Assembly (NCBI GenBank): GCA_951406725.2
Contig: OX597825.1
Span: 39,184,001-39,248,000, forward strand
DNA: 64,000 nt
Direction of reading: 5' to 3'
Source: Octopus vulgaris
Lineage: Eukaryota
Part shown: piece by piece, positions 27,501 to 41,656 of the stretch
Position numbering within the stretch: the first letter of the stretch is position 1
How the letters are laid out: every line of letters begins with the position of its first letter
Translations under genes and position numbers: made by a program
The notes under the pieces: model-generated
The model's input: only the letters and a program-made list of their open reading frames with translations
What the model was told of the DNA's origin: nothing
The model's database searches: none

Positions 27501-29051
27501 TGGCAATCTTGATCAGCAGAATGTCATAAAGAAGCTAGAACCAACGTAGAGCTACAAATACCTAGGGTATTTGAAGATGATGCAATCGAACATTCAATAG
27601 TAAGTGAAAGGATAAGAAGAGGACGTTATCGAAAGTTAAAAGCAATACTCAAAATGGAGCTGAACGGAAGAAATAAGATAGAAGCCAGCAATGTTTTAGC
27701 CATACCGGAGTTTCAAAATCTTTAACAGATCAATTATTTAAATATGTAATTGTGACGGAAAAATACGAAAAGTGTTGACAATGCATATAATGCAGCACCC
27801 TAAGGCAGATATAGAGAGAAGTTACCTGCTAAAGAAAAGAGGGCGGCCGTGTACTTTTACAAGCGGAATTAACAATGAAGATTGCCACAATTGGCCGAAA
27901 CATTTACTTGAAAAACATTGACGACTGGGTGATAAAACTTGTCTCAAAGCCCCAAAACAAGAAAGCATCATAATCAGTACTAAAACGGGCAAAGGAATAT
28001 CTAAGTGAATTCCAAATAAAACATATCTCATAATTAGACGTACTTGAAAAGAGCACAGAAAAAGCTAAGTGCATGAAAACCCGTGTTAAAACTGCTGCCT
28101 TAGATATTCTTACTGATAAATGACAAGAAAAACCTCTCAATGGCAAATACCCAAAGAGAGCTAATAATGCCGATGTTGACAAAGCATTTATCCATTAATA
28201 TTTAGCGTCATCTAGATTAGAACCCGAAGCAAAAGGGTTTATCATAGCAGCCTATGATCACTGCCTACCTACAAGGAGCTACCACGGCAACATATTAAAG
28301 AATGGCTGTAGCCTAAAATGTCGCGTATGTAAACAAGAAAATGGAACCATTGATTACGTTGTCTCAATTTGCAGACTTCTAGCGTCTATAGAGTATCTTA
28401 ACAGGCATGATAGAGAAACACAGTATATTCACTGGGTAATTTTCAAAAACCTGCACCTGTCCCATGATAAAAACTGGTGGGAAAACAAACCACCTCCAGT
28501 GCATAAAAATGATCACCTCTCACTCCGCGGGAAGTTCACCGCTCACACTGATAGAAAAATATTATATTGAACGATTTCAGACAAAATTCATTCTACCTAA
28601 TTGATAAGACTGTCCCAATCGACATAAAAGTATCTCACATGACCTGCCAAAATCTGAGCAAGTGTAAGGATCTCGAAATTGACGTTGGCAAAATGTTGAA
28701 CCTAAAGATTAAAACATGACCTGTTGTCATAGGTCCCCTAGCAATGATAGCAAAAGGGGTTGATTCTTACCATGCTTCTATACTTGGAACCCCAAAATAG
28801 CAGAAATTCAAGTGATGGTGCCAGGAGAACTGCCCATATACTACGTAAAATACTGTTTATGTAATCTCAAATTTTAAAACAAAGTTAGATTATTATTTCT
28901 TCTTAACCATAGTCTCAAAAAATACAATATGCAAAACCGAATATATGACACTGTAGGCATAACGCCACCTTGAACTTCTAATTAGTTGTCTCTTGAGTTT
29001 TCTGGGTGAGACTTGGCGTCAACTTGTATAAATTTTATGCAAAAGGCAAAC
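24550..29051 (+). mobile_element. Near full-length decayed R4/Dong-clade RLE non-LTR retrotransposon (family A)
   Basis: N-terminal KWSNGDNKE; SPRKDKIHNFW; YRSLTCLTTMYKILT; KDQLL, FQGDSL and YKYLG; CRVC zinc knuckle; RHD/RLE region. The 3' UTR is homologous to 55580-55767 and followed by (TAA)n. The 5' boundary is inferred from the end of the microsatellite. Confidence 0.88.
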
Positions 29052-29167
<116 letters not shown>

Positions 29168-29357
29168 CTAACAACAAAAACAACAATAGTAGCGAATAGC
29201 AAACCACATATGCGTGGGATGTCAATTTGCCCGGGAAGATAGAACAAATCTGAAAGCATCGTGAAGCAGGAATTAAAAATCCACAAAAAAAGAAAACTAT
29301 GTTTTAATGTTAGTCTTCTCAGGAAATAGAATTTTTTTTCCTTATATATATATATAT

Positions 29358-29408
<51 letters not shown>

Positions 29409-30881
29409 ATATATATATATATTAGGAAAATAGCTTCCCTCAGATTGCTCTGCCACAACATATCGTGCGTGAAAATTTAAACACGTGGACTGCAATATCT
29501 CTGTACCAAAACTACATCTGCGATGGACAGATAGCAATGATTACAATGAAATTATTTACGCATATTACAATGTAAGACATCCAGAAATATAAACGAATAA
29601 ACTTGAATGCTAAATGCCTAGTAAAACGAACAAAATGAACAAAATCCGCTCTAGAAGCCAAATACCCAACAGAAGAACGCATCATGCATAGCACAAACAA
29701 CACACAATAGAAACAGTAATACAACTGAAACCAAACCCATAACAAATCATATTGATGCAATATTATACGTCCGAAACGGGGGGAAATGCTGCACTCACCT
29801 CAGCCTCAGTTATATAATAGAGAGTTGCATGAAACTATCAGATGTCGAATAATAATAATAGTGAGCTTTACCTCACTTTATGAGAGACAAGAGATTGTCA
29901 AGAAAATATGGTGGTAACAGCATAAATTAGGCCGGACCTCTTGCGGAAGGTCCCTCGCGTGCAATGGTTTAGAAAAATGCAGACTGACCACAGCTTTTAT
30001 CCTAAGACAGCATCGGCAAATATTAGAGTTAATGACGAAGGAAGTTTATTGAGATGCTAGAGTCGCAGTATGACATAGGAAAACCAAAAATGTAAACAAA
30101 GTTAAAAGCTGAAAAATAAGCAAAAGTTATCTGACTGGCAGGAGAAGGCTTTTCATGGTAGTTTCTCAAATATTATTGCAAGAAATAATGCTAGTGGGAC
30201 GTGGTTATGGATAAAGAATAGAGGCTGAACAGGGAGAGAGAAAGTTTCTAAGTAGCAGCCTAAGATCATGCAATGAGGACTAATTAATGAGAAACCAGGT
30301 AGCTTCTCAATGTAGACTATATAAATCAAAAGGTGAAAGTGTTACTCATATATTAAGTGAATGTGGCATGTTGGCACAGAAAGAATACAAGAAATGACAT
30401 AAAAATGTAGGACGAGTAATCCACTGAGATTTATGTAGAAGACTAGGATTTGACCATACAGATATGATTCCTACTGGATTTGATCATACTGATTTGACCA
30501 TACTGCTATGAACATGAACGTATCAAATTTCTAAAAGGTAAGAATTATAAGATGTTGTGGAACTTCACCATTTGAACGGATGGAGTAATAGAAGATAGAA
30601 TGTCTAATTTAGTAGTGGTAGACAAAGGGAATAGATAGTGACAGATACAAAGTCAATATAAGAGAATTAGAGAAAATAGCAAAATACCAGAACCTAGTCA
30701 TAGAGTTATAGTGATTATGGAAAGTGCGGGTGAAATGTATCCCTGTATGCATTAGGAATTGTCCTTAAATATTTGAACAGATGGATAGAGGAAATAGGCG
30801 TAAAACGAAGTATATTTAGAAATATTGAATTTCTAAATGTCTCAGAGAGACATAAGCGGTGGTGAAGCGATATACTGGTCG

Positions 30882-31271
30882 TATACTGTCAACTCAATGT
30901 GACAGTCCCGAAGGGAACTACACCACCGCCATGTAGCCCTAGGAAACATCGACGTCTCCCGTCGGCTTTGACACATTTTCCTAATTTCGGTGATCAGTAA
31001 ATAAATTTTACTGATAATATGATATATTTGCGAAGAGGGTGCAGTCATCTGAGCGAACGAGAGAGGCTACTCTGAACTGACGACGAGCAATAGACTCAGA
31101 AACATATGTCTTCAGGTGCATAGTCCCAGTTGGCGGGAGTGATTGCTTCCCCTCTGCAAATATAAGGACACAGAAAATGTGTCAAAGCAGACGGGAGACG
31201 TCGATGTCTCCTAGGGCTAAATGGCGGTGGTGTAGTTCCCTTACGAGACTGTCACATAGAGTTGAAGTATA
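30882..31271. mobile_element. Foldback/TIR element with ~99-bp TIRs and a central hammerhead motif
   Basis: 30882-30980 and 31173-31271 are reverse complements with about 7 differences. An inner inverted pair lies at 31023-31048 / 31139-31164. TA occurs at both ends. Confidence 0.9.
31072..31115 (+). ncRNA. Type I hammerhead ribozyme motif
   Basis: CTGAA-CTGACGA-cGAGcaatagaCTCa-GAAA-CATATG-TC-TTCAG: 5-bp stem I, intact CUGANGA/GAAA core, GUC triplet (predicted cut after 31110), palindromic stem III ACATATGT. Confidence 0.8.
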
Positions 31272-31395
31272 TATAGAGCTCCAGAAAACAATGCTTTTTG
31301 GGACAGCTAGAATGTAACGCTACTTATGTTAAGACTTTTTTATTTTGAAACAGTCTAATCTGTAGTGCGAATGTGAAATAATAATAATAACATTG

Positions 31396-31518
<123 letters not shown>

Positions 31519-32072
31519 GCCCTGATGCAGTACCAGGCAGAGGCTCTCATGGCTTCTCATCTTAACTGATTGGAAGTGTTATCATGTACTTTGTTCTGTC
31601 TTGGTATAAAAGATGGGCTACAGCAAATATTCTGCTCAATACCACAGATTTGCTTGTCAGTTGTTTGACCTTAACCAGTTGAGCATGTCCCTTAGTGGCT
31701 GACGATATGTGCATCTCTGATCACGAGCAGAAGTAGTGGGGGAGCATCATAGCCATGTGTTGAGAGGGATTCTTTGGGGTTTGAATAATTCACCTCTGGA
31801 GACATGGGTGGGTTTTTCAACATCCTTAAACAACCCTTATTCAGGGACCGTTTGAGCGGGATGGGCTACTCAACCTGAAGAAAATTCTAACTGGGCCCCA
31901 CCTGTAAGGTCATGTGCAGTATATCTTGATATGAGATCACCATGCCGCGCACATATGGTTGTGATGCATGTGCCTGGTGTGCCCTTATCAGACGGGTAGT
32001 CATGATGGGTATATTGGGCTTCGTATATTTTACCCCAATGTCACTTTGATGGCATGAACTGCTCTCTCACTC
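31519..32072 (+). mobile_element. ~555-bp non-coding SINE-like element embedded in (TAA)n, copy 1
   Basis: gccctgatgcagtaccaggcag...ctgctctctcactc-(aat)n; four more copies at 35.2-38.3 kb. Confidence 0.9.
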
Positions 32073-32143
32073 AATAATAATAATAATAATAATAATAATA
32101 TTAATAATAATAATAATTATAATAATAATAAAAATAATAATAA

Positions 32144-35061
32144 CTAATAGCCACTGAAACAAAAGGCGATATCACTGAGCTAAATGACTTAGTATACGCA
32201 GCAGCCACTGCAGCCACAAAAGAAACAGGATACTCACTCAAACCCATCTAAACAGGAGTACCACCACTCAAATAAACCATGTGGATAAATAGGATACAAA
32301 ACAAAATACAAAAAATGAGAAAAGATCTGTCGATTCTTAATGAAATCAGTAGACAATCAACGCTACTGAGCAACAAAAAGAAAACAAAAATACTCCGCAA
32401 GTATAACATCACTGAAAATGATTTACCTGAGATAAAAGAAAAACTGAAGCAAAATATCCTTGCCAAAGCACAAAGGATCCGCCGGTACAAGAAACGCCAA
32501 CGCTTCTTTGAACAAAACAAAAAGTTCAACTCCAACCCCAAAAAGTTCTACCAAGAATTCTGGAGAGAAATATGGTCGGCGAACGAACAACCAAAAAAAA
32601 AAGGAGTATTCAAACAACAAACTCAGCATCTGAGCTACTTTGGACCCCCATAACAACTGAAGAGGTCACCCAGGCACTGGAAAGACTAAGCAACTGGAAG
32701 GCACCTGGGCATGACAAGATCCCCAACTTCTGGTTGAAATATCTGACAGGAATGCACAAAAAGCAAGCTGAAAATTTTAACAACATACTGGCAGAGTCGG
32801 AGACAATGCCTGAATGGCTCACGAAGGGGAAAACCATCTTAATTCCCAAATCCAATGAGATAGCAAAACCAGAAAACTACAGACCTATAACCTGTCTCCC
32901 TACAATGTAGAAAGCATTAAGCATTTGCTGCAGTAATATTACAAAGATTAAACAAGCACCTGGACGAAAACAATCTGTTTCCAGAAGAGCAGAAAAGATG
33001 CCGCAAAGTCTCATATGGCTGTAAAGATCAACTAATGATTAATAAAGCCATAACTGAAGACGGCCACAGAAAGAAGAAATACATCAGTATGGCCTGGATC
33101 GACTACAAAAAGGCGTTTGATAGCATCCCCCACAATGGATCCTCGAAACACTAGCCATTAACAAAGTAGCACCAACAATTATAAAATTAATAAGGCACTC
33201 TATGAATAAATGGCAAACACTACTACAGCTCCAAACAAAAGAGGGACTCATGAAAACCAAAGCCATCCCCATTAGAATTGGAATATTCCAGGGAGACACG
33301 CTCTCTCCACTCCTTTTCTGCTTGGCACTGTCACCTATATCTGATATGCTAAATAGAACTGGATGCGGATATCAATGTTACGACAAAACGATCAGCCACC
33401 TTTTATATATGGATGACCTAAAACTATGCGCTGCATCTGACAAACAGCTGGAAACACTACTAAAGACAGCTCATGGATTTACCAGAGAAATGGATATGAA
33501 ATCTGGATTAGAAAAATGCGCCAAAGTAACCTTGAAAAGAGGAAAACTAGTTAAGAGTAGCAAAATCACACTAGATAAAACCAATGAAATAAAATAATTA
33601 GACCAAAGCCAAACTTACAAATACTTAGGAATCCGTGAACTAATAAGACACAACACACAGAAATGAAAGAGTAAGTTAAAAAGAATATTATAGGCCAGTT
33701 AGATCAATACTAAAAACAGAGCTCAATGCTAAAAACAAGATAATAGGTATTAACACTTTAGCCGTCCCAGTTATAAGTTACAGCTACAATATCCTTAACT
33801 GGACACGAAATGAACTGACCAAAATGGATAGGAAAACAAGAAAAATACTGACAGGATCTAGGATGCATCACCCAAAATCTTACATAGAAAGACTTTATAT
33901 AAAACGTATAGAAGGTGGTAGAGGCCTTATACAGCTGGAAAACTACTATAAAATAACCACCATAGGACTGCAAAAATATCTACTTCAGAAGGGAGGAAAA
34001 CTGATACAAATAGCGGAAAAACACGAGCAAAAAAAAAAACATTTCTCGGTATTTAAGGAAGCTGACAAATACAAACAAGAAATCATACCACCTAATAAAC
34101 ATGAAGAAGAAGAAGAAGAAGATGAAGAAACAACAAAAGCTATAAAACAAATGAAATCCAAACTAAAAATAGAACACCAACGATCCATGATAAAACTGTG
34201 GCAAGAAAAGCCCCTTCATGGTAAATACTGAACTAAACTAAACGCAAAAGAAATAGACAAAGAAAAATCCCAGCAATGGTTGAGAAGCTCACGACTCAAA
34301 GCAGAGACAGAGGGATTTTTAATTGCAGCATAAGACCAAAGCCTCCCCACCAGAAATTACCAAAAACATGTAATGAAAAGAAATATAACAAGTAACTGCA
34401 GAATATTTGGAGATGGACAAGAAACAATAAATCATATTATTTCTGGCTGCCCAGTCGTGGCTAAGAAGGAATATATTCACAGACATGACAGAGTTGAAAC
34501 CTACATACACTGGTAACTATGCCAACACTATGGAATAACAACAGAAAAAAGATGGTATAGGCACACATCAGAAAAGGTCACAGAAAACGAGAAAGCAACC
34601 ATAATCTGGGATATGCCGATACGCACAGATAGAGAAATTAAGGCCAACAGACCAGATATAGTTGTCAGAGATCATGAAAAAAAAAATGCTTTCTAATTGA
34701 TGTAGCAATACCGGCAGATGACAAGGTGTCTCTAAAAGAAATGGAGAAACTTTCAAAATACAAAGGCCTGGAAATAGAGGTAACTAGAATATGGAATTTA
34801 AAACCAGAATCAATTCCTATCATAGTAGGTGCATTAGGCATGATAAAAAATATTCAGACAAATACATAACAAAAACACAAGGACTAACAAACACATATAG
34901 CATGCAGAAAATTGCACTACTAGGCACTGCACACATCCTACGCAGAACACTTTCCATACAATTACCATCAGGGCATCACAACAAATCACAGCACATACCT
35001 AAGGCGCACAGAGCTGCATTCGGTAGTGAAGTGAAAGCACGCTATAAAAATAAAACTACTG
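32144..35061 (+). mobile_element. 5'-truncated R4/Dong-clade RLE LINE (family B)
   Basis: WKAPGHDKIPNFW, NYRPITCLPTM, YGCKDQL, DYKKAFDS, GIFQGDTLSPLLFC, HLLYMDDLKL, GGRGL, PLHGKY, RHD, RPD, QKIALLGTAHILRRTLS. Flanked by (TAA)n on both sides. Confidence 0.95.
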
Positions 35062-35095
35062 AATAATAATAATAATAATAATAATAATGTTAATG

Positions 35096-35203
<108 letters not shown>

Positions 35204-35238
35204 TTAAAAAAATAATAATAACAATAATAATAATAATT

Positions 35239-35773
35239 ACTCCGATGCAGAAACAGGCAATGGCTCTCATTGCTAATTATCTTAACTGATTGGAAATGTC
35301 ATCACGTACATTGTATGTCTTGGTATAAAAGATGAGCTACAGCAAATATAGTGCTCAGTACCACAGATGTGCTTGTTAGTTTGATCTTAACTAGTTAATG
35401 GCTGACAATATGTGCTTCTGTGAACCCGAGCAGAAGTAGTGGGGGAGCATCGTAGCCATGTGTTGAGAGGGATTCTTTGGGGTTTGAATAGTTCACCTCT
35501 GGAAACATGGGTGGTTCTTTCAACATCCTTAAGCAACCCTTATTCAGGGACCGTTTGAGCGGGATGGGCTACTCAACCTGAAGAAAATTCTAACTGGGCC
35601 CCACCTGCAAGGTCATGCGTGTTTATCTTGATATGAGATCACCATGTCGCGCACATATGGTTGTGATGCATGTGCCTGGTGTACCTTTATCAGACGGGTA
35701 GTCATGATGGGTATATTGGGCTTCGTATATTTTACCCCAGTGTCACTTTGATGGCATGAACTGCTCTTCACTC
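35239..35773 (+). mobile_element. 555-bp SINE-like element, copy 2
   Basis: Homologous to 31519-32072; the 5' third is more diverged. Confidence 0.9.
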
Positions 35774-35774
35774 G

Positions 35775-35833
<59 letters not shown>

Positions 35834-35839
35834 ACTACT

Positions 35840-35875
<36 letters not shown>

Positions 35876-35882
35876 TATTATT

Positions 35883-36436
35883 GAGTGAGAGAGCAGTTCA
35901 TGCCATCAAAGTGACACTGGGGTAAAATATACGAAGCCCAATATACCCATCATGACTACCCGTCTGATAAAGGTACACCAGGGACATGCATCACAATCAT
36001 ATGTGCGCGACATGGTGATTTCATATCAAGATAAACAGCACATGACCTTGCAGGTGGGGCCCAGTTAGAATTTTCTTTAGGTTGAGTAGCCCATCCCGCT
36101 CAAACGGTCCCTGAATAAGGGTTGTTTAAGGATGTTGAAAGAACCACCCATGTTTCCAGAGTTGAACTATTCAAACCCCAAAGAATCCCTCTCAACACAT
36201 GGCTATGATGCTCCCCCACTACTTCTGCTCGTGATCAGAGATGCACGTATCGTCAGTCACTAAGGGACATGCTCAACTGGTTAAGGTCAAACAACTGACA
36301 AGCAAATCTGTGGTATTGAGCAGAATATTTGCTGTAGCCCATCTTTTATACCAAGACAAAACAATGTACATGATAATACTTCCAATCAGTTAAGACCAGA
36401 AGCCATGAGAGCCACTGCCTGGTACTGCATCAGGCC
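35883..36436 (-). mobile_element. 555-bp SINE-like element, copy 3
   Basis: Reverse complement of copies 1 and 2. Confidence 0.92.
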
Positions 36437-36838
<402 letters not shown>

Positions 36839-37393
36839 GAGTGAGAGAGCAGTTCATGCCATCAAAGTGACACTGGGGTAAAATATACGAAGCCCAATAT
36901 ACCCATCATGACTACCCGTCTGATAAAGGTACACCAGGGACATGCATCACAACCATATGTGCGCGACATGGTGATTTCATATCAAGATAAACAGCACATG
37001 ACCTTGCAGGTGGGGCCCAGTTAGAATTTTCGTTAGGTTGAGTAGCCCATCCCGCTCAAACGGTCCCTGAATAAGGGTTGTTTAAGGATGTTGAAAGAAC
37101 CACCCATGTTTCCAGAGTTGAACTATTCAAACCCCAAAGAATCCCTCTCAACACATGGCTATGATGCTCCCTCACTACTTCTTCTCGTGATCAGAGATGC
37201 ACGTATCGTCAGTCACTAAGGGACATGCTCAACTGGTTAAGGTCAAACAACTGACAAGCAAATCTGTGGTATTGAGCAGAATATTTGCTGTAGCCCATCT
37301 TTTATACCAAGACAAAACAATGTACATGATAATACTTCCAATCAGTTAAGACCAGAAGCCATGAGAGCTCACTGCCTGGTACTGCATCAGGCC
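36839..37393 (-). mobile_element. 555-bp SINE-like element, copy 4
   Basis: Nearly identical to copy 3. Confidence 0.92.
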
Positions 37394-37839
<446 letters not shown>

Positions 37840-38262
37840 GAGTGAGAGAGCAGCGCTTGCCATCAATGTAACACTGGGGTAAAACATACGAAGCCCAGTA
37901 TATCCATCATGACTACATGTCTGATAAGGGTACACTAGGCACATGTATCTCAACCATATGTGCGCGACATCGTGATCTCATATCAAGATAAACAGCACAT
38001 GACCTTCCAGGTGGACCCAGTTAGAATTCTCTTCTGGTCGAGTAAACCATCCCGCTCAAAAGGTACCTTTTTAAAGATGTTGAACGAGACACCCATATTT
38101 CCAGAGGTGAATTATTCAATCCCCAAACAATCCCTCTCAACACATTGCTATGATGCCTCCCCTCTACTTCTGCTCGTGATCAGAGAAGCACATATCGTCA
38201 GCCACAAAGCGACATGGTCAACTTGTTTAGGTCAAACAACTGAGAAGCAAATCTCTGGTATT
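37840..38262 (-). mobile_element. 555-bp SINE-like element, copy 5 (older, 5'-truncated)
   Basis: gagtgagagagcagcgcttgccatcaatg...; more substitutions and deletions than the other copies. Confidence 0.85.
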
Positions 38263-40126
38263 ATTATTTGGTACTTATGTATATCGACCTCGAAATGATG
38301 AATGGCAAAATTGACACTGGGAAGTTTGAACTCAGTATATGAAGACGGACAAACTGTTGTTAACAATTCTGCCCGGCAGAATAATAACAAGAACAAGAGC
38401 AACAAGAACAAGAACAAGAACAACAATGATAGCAACATATTTATTGCAAAATTTATGAATGAGGATATTCTCACTGCCAACCTTATCACGCTGATCATTC
38501 TTATTCTTATTGAATTTTATCGCAGTTCTATAAATATTATTCCTCAACAGAAATAAAACGGAAACCGAAATGAGAATTTATTTAATGTGTTAGTTTAACC
38601 AATGCATATAACCTATATTTATGATGCAAATTTCATATCAATATTTCAGATAAAGCTGATTCAGTATTCGAAATATATACTATCAACTTTACAGGCGGCC
38701 ACCAAGTCAATTCAAAATCCTGTGTGATTTATTTTAATCTACTAGAAATTGCAGCCACTTATAAAGCAATAGATACAAAATAGTCTCTTATAGATTATAC
38801 AGAGAATGACACATTTTATAAGGAACTTTAGGTTATTGTCGTCGTCGCGTTGTTTGTGTTTGAGCAAGAAATGTCATTGTTAATATACGTTGCTTTCATA
38901 AGTATAACAAAATCACTTCTAGATCAGGAAAGATAGTCTCTCAATAAATATATCATACCTGTGCACGAATTGACAGCAACCACACAGATGTGTGTGTATG
39001 TGTGTGTAAGTGGGTGCGTGATTTTGTGCATGTGTGTGCGCTATCAACACTAACATTTTATCGAGATAGTCTCTTGTAATCTGAACTTCACCGTTAGGTG
39101 AACAGGGTCATGAGGCAATCTACGATAGAAAAAATCATTGATTCTGCAAATCTATGTATAGGATTTCGATCTTGAGTGTAATTTGAATAAAAATTAATTT
39201 TGAAAACACTATCTCTCAAAGGATGTAGGAAAGAGGAAGATAAAACGAAAGAACAAAATGAATAGAGAAGAAAATAAAAAGAAAAGTGTGAAGGAAGAGT
39301 GCTTTGATTGGAGAAATTACGTAGGATGAGCGGGTACTAGAATTGTGAAAGAATTCAAAGGCAAACAAAAATATGAATGACATTGTGATCAGTTGGGAGT
39401 GGAGAACATAGCCAGTGGTTGAGTATTTAAAATTAGGAAAATAAAAATAAATATAAATAAATGAAGCACAAATAAAGGAAGATGCAAATGAAAATTAGAA
39501 GCTGTGATTCTTATTTAGAGGACTGATCCGTAATTGAAAGGTAAACTAGGAGTAGTTAGTGGCAGTTGTAGTAGTAGTGATAAAGTGGACAGTACACGTG
39601 GGAAATGAAGTGAGAAGAAAATAAAAAGAAAAGTGTGAAGGAAGAGTGCTTTGATTGGAGAAATTACGTAGGATGAGCGGGAAATGGGAAAGTTGGTACG
39701 ACAAAAAAAATAAATAGGTAAATTTAAAACATAGCAATACTAATTCAATGAATGAAATTTTGATAAGAGTATTGAAAAAAAACCGTGAAAATATATTGAA
39801 ATATATTGAAAAAATGTAATTGAAAACTTTGTAAAAATTTAATTGTTAAGTTAGTGAAAAATATAACAAATTTCAAAAGGAAATGTAAAAAGATAGTAAA
39901 TGCCAAAACAAATAGAAGCTAGGAAAAAGCAAGATGAAACTAAAAATTAGAAAAACAAATGGATACATGTCGAAAAAGGGAAGAGAAATTTAAGTGAATA
40001 ATCTGTGATGGCGATAATGGTGGTATAGGAGATGAGTAGAGAGATCTGGATGAGGAAAGAAACAAAGGGTATAATGATCATCTTTAAAGGATAGAAGTAA
40101 AATCCGCAATAGTAATACAAAATGGC

Positions 40127-40177
<51 letters not shown>

Positions 40178-40249
40178 CAGTAGTAGTGGTAGAAGTAGAT
40201 GCTGTTATTGTTGATGCTTAGTTCTTGTTGTAGTTCCATATAGAGCCGA

Positions 40250-41535
40250 TCAAAAACCCTACATATCCTGGTCACCCCAAACGCCAAATGGACCTGAAGC
40301 AGGCACCTTTCTCCTTGTCCTCTCCAGATTACAGGCGTATGTTCAGAGAAGTGGTTTGTCCTGCCACAAAAGTAGGATTTCGGCTTTCTGCCCGCGACTT
40401 CTACGAAGAGCTGTATACCATACAAAAAGATTGATCGTATAGAGTATTAGCTCCAATATCTACATTATCGGCATGTACAAATAATTGCATTCCTGTGCAT
40501 GACCAGTTTCTTTTTTCCCATTCTGTGTACTTGGAGAAGTTTTGTTTTATTTTGCCACCAAAAGTGATGTCCACTTTTCATGGTACCTCAGTTACTTTTA
40601 TTTTAACGTCAATCTGACCAGGTATATTAGAATTAATCATAATTCCTTATATTTGAGGAGTGCTGTCCCACTTTATTTGGCTGATTCGCCAGTTTGGAAT
40701 TTTAACTCTACTCTGCTAAATTTTCTCCCTCGTGTGACACATTTGTATATTCCATACCTGTTCTTTTCATTTCTACATCTGGGCCTGTTGTCGCCCGCAC
40801 TAGTTCCCTGTCTTTTAACAGAATACACTTGTAGATAATAGTTTGTGTTTTCTAGTATCTTTCTGTATTACATTGACAAGTTTAGAAAAATTATTCTGCC
40901 TTTCTTTGGTAAGTGCGCTTTGGTGTAACTTAATGCTTTTTTCTGACTCGTCAACTTTCTCCAATCGACTAAAGGTATCTACAAAACGTTTCCCATTTAA
41001 TTTAGAAATATGAACGGTTGCTGCATCCGCGCTATTAATGTTCAGTTTCGTGGTGGCGGTAGTAGTGGATATAATGGATTTGCTGCTGCTACTGCTACTG
41101 CTGTTGGTGGAGAGGGCAGTATTCCGGTCGTTGCTGATTTTTGTTTTCCCATTGTTCTCTTTTGTGGTTCCTATGATGGTGAAGGCAGTTTTGATTTCTT
41201 TAGGGGCGGGAGGGTAGCTTTACACATTCCCTGTGCTTTGTTGTTGCAGTTATGTTGATGTTGCTACTGATAGTGACTCTGCTCCCATTGGATGTTTCAA
41301 TTTGCCTGTTCTTTTCAGCGGGTGAAGCATACACATCTGCCTGATTTTAAACAAATATTGAGGGGGCTTCTTTGGTTAACTCATTCTAATTTAGTCCCTA
41401 TGGTCTACAGAAGGATAAAACTAAACAGTTCCTTAAGGTCGTTGTAAATTTATCCATAAAAGGAGCACAAATGTTCAATATATAACTCTGTGTAACAACA
41501 GAAAAAAAACTTACGGAACGATGAGTAATACGTAT
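40250..41535 (-). mobile_element. Decayed L1/Tx1-like LINE 5' region (ORF1-like)
   Basis: rc: VTRGRKFSRVELKF...IKVTEVP...GIQLFVEVAGRKPKSYFCGRTNH, a degenerate CCHC knuckle after an RRM-like segment. Confidence 0.45.
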
Positions 41536-41656
41536 TAGACGACGACAACGCCGACGACAACAACAATAACAACAACAACAATAATAATAATAATAATAAT
41601 GATAATAACATTAATAATAATAATAATAATAGTAATAATAATAGTAACAATAATAA

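Larger units (their letters stand above)
29850..31340 (+). mobile_element. Old RLE LINE 3' portion, interrupted by the 30814-31271 insertion
   Basis: Degraded HILSECGMLAQKEYKK*HKNV, LWNFTI and KYQNL motifs; ELQKTMLFGTARM resumes after 31272; then (TAA)n. Confidence 0.7.
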
